From: the human T2T-CHM13v2.0 reference genome, Homo sapiens
Direction: 5' to 3' (one strand)
Length of the DNA: 64,000 nucleotides
Assembly (NCBI RefSeq): GCF_009914755.1
Contig: NC_060925.1
Each line of letters starts with the position of its first letter. Position 1 is the stretch's first letter. This document shows, one piece after another, positions 61,781 through 64,000 of this stretch. The notes below the pieces were generated by a model, which was given only the letters and a program-made list of their open reading frames with translations, had not been told where the DNA came from and searched no databases. Made by a program: the position numbers and the translations under genes.

Positions 61781-63142
61781 GGGTCATTCTCAGTCTCTAG
61801 AAAAACCACCCTCAGACCCTTTACTAAAGTATACACAGGGATAATTTTCTGTTATCAGAAAAATTGGTATCAGAGAGAAACAGAATAACTTGGGATCACA
61901 GAGTTTTCTAGTGGTCCTAAATTATATAGGAAGCAAGGGGAAAATAATTTTATTTTTCCTCCTATAATTGCTGAAGTAGCATTCAGGATTGTTCAGGAAA
62001 AAAGCCAGGAAGGATTTTAATAATTTTTCTGCCCTGTGCAGTCTCTTCACCAAAAAGCCAACATGGTAAACAGGCCGATGGCAGGATGGGGTGGGGACCA
62101 ATCAGGGGGTATGGGGCTAAGGAAGTGCCAGCAGCTTGCTATGTATGAACCAACCTAGGTGGTTTTAAAAGCAGCTTCCCTGAATGCCATCACTGACTGA
62201 GTCGCTTCTCACATTCAAGTCACTTCATGTTGGAGTTCAGAACACTCCAGATAAAAGTGGAAGAAAAAACATAAGCTGCAGAAGACATGTCAATTTCTTT
62301 AAGGCCTGCCTTTTGCTCACTTCCCTCCTCCCAACCCCACTTGCCAACAAGAAGGAATGAAGAGAATCCAGAGCCAGTGATCTTTTCTGACTAAAGCGGG
62401 AAACTGAGAGTAAGACAACGCACCCTCTAAGTGTAGAGAAACTTGGATGGGGAGTGAGAAACCCGGGTGGCGGCCTCTAGTTCTACCACAGACATTGTTG
62501 GACCTCAGATGTGTCTTTTACACTTTCTGGGTCTCAGCTTCATCAGTCAAACAAAAAGGCCAGACTAAATGATATTTAACAATGATATACTATTGTCCTT
62601 TCCAATAACACTATGAATGACATCCTTAACCATGCTATCTCCATTTGCCCTTGTAGAAACTATAAACAGGTCCGAAAAGATCTAAGTAGAGGCATACCAT
62701 TTGATTAATTGGAGTACCTCATGTTATATAAATTATTCAAACTTTTTAAATAATTTTCTATAAGTCTTGCCATTAATACTTAAATCGCATCAATAATAGA
62801 TATTTCAGTACCTATCTATGATAGAGGACTGCTGTAAAATAATGTCTTTCAACTGAAAGTGCTTCTAATTCTCCCAGAATAACTTTTTAAATCTACGTAA
62901 CCTTTAGGATGAGAAGGCAAATACTCTTATCTCATATGACAGATGAGCAAACAAAGGGACTTCTGAGACCTTTTTAGGAAGCTAGTAACAGACAAACAAA
63001 ACTAGAATCCAGCAATCCCATCTCTATGTGTCAGGTTATTTTTCACCTTGCCAAAGAAACCTTACCAAAGAAGAGTATAAACAAGATCAGAATTAGAAAG
63101 AACTTAAGAACTTTTGTGCACTTTGGGAGTGCTTATTAATAA

Positions 63143-64000
<858 letters not shown>

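Overview
Human (primate) genomic DNA from the KDM1A/LUZP1 locus (1p36.12 by gene content). The + strand carries KDM1A (LSD1) exons 4-19, numbered as in the 852-aa isoform. They encode residues 218-852, every junction is GT-AG with a consistent frame, and the 12-nt neuronal microexon E8a (DTVK), the 3'UTR and the poly(A) signal are present. The - strand carries the 3' part of LUZP1, tail-to-tail with KDM1A: a 106-nt 5'UTR exon, a 3191-nt coding exon (1024 codons), and a last exon (52 codons, 1076 aa total) with a ~5 kb 3'UTR containing several AATAAA sites. Introns are rich in Alu, L1, L2, MIR, MLT1 and DNA transposon remnants; repeat boundaries and subfamilies are approximate and read by eye. 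Most notable observations: (1) back-splicing of the giant LUZP1 exon would give a circle in which one ORF fills 3189 of 3191 nt, reusing the frame of a 39-codon spliced uORF; (2) a 34-nt candidate poison exon with strong splice sites ~930 nt upstream of E8a; (3) a 21-nt reverse-complement element able to mask E8a, plus NOVA, SRRM4 and RBFOX motifs, in a repeat-free block; (4) a 207-bp templated insertion copied across KDM1A exon 8; (5) alternative LUZP1 C-termini, one using an LTR-derived acceptor. Most short ORFs in the supplied track are spurious.
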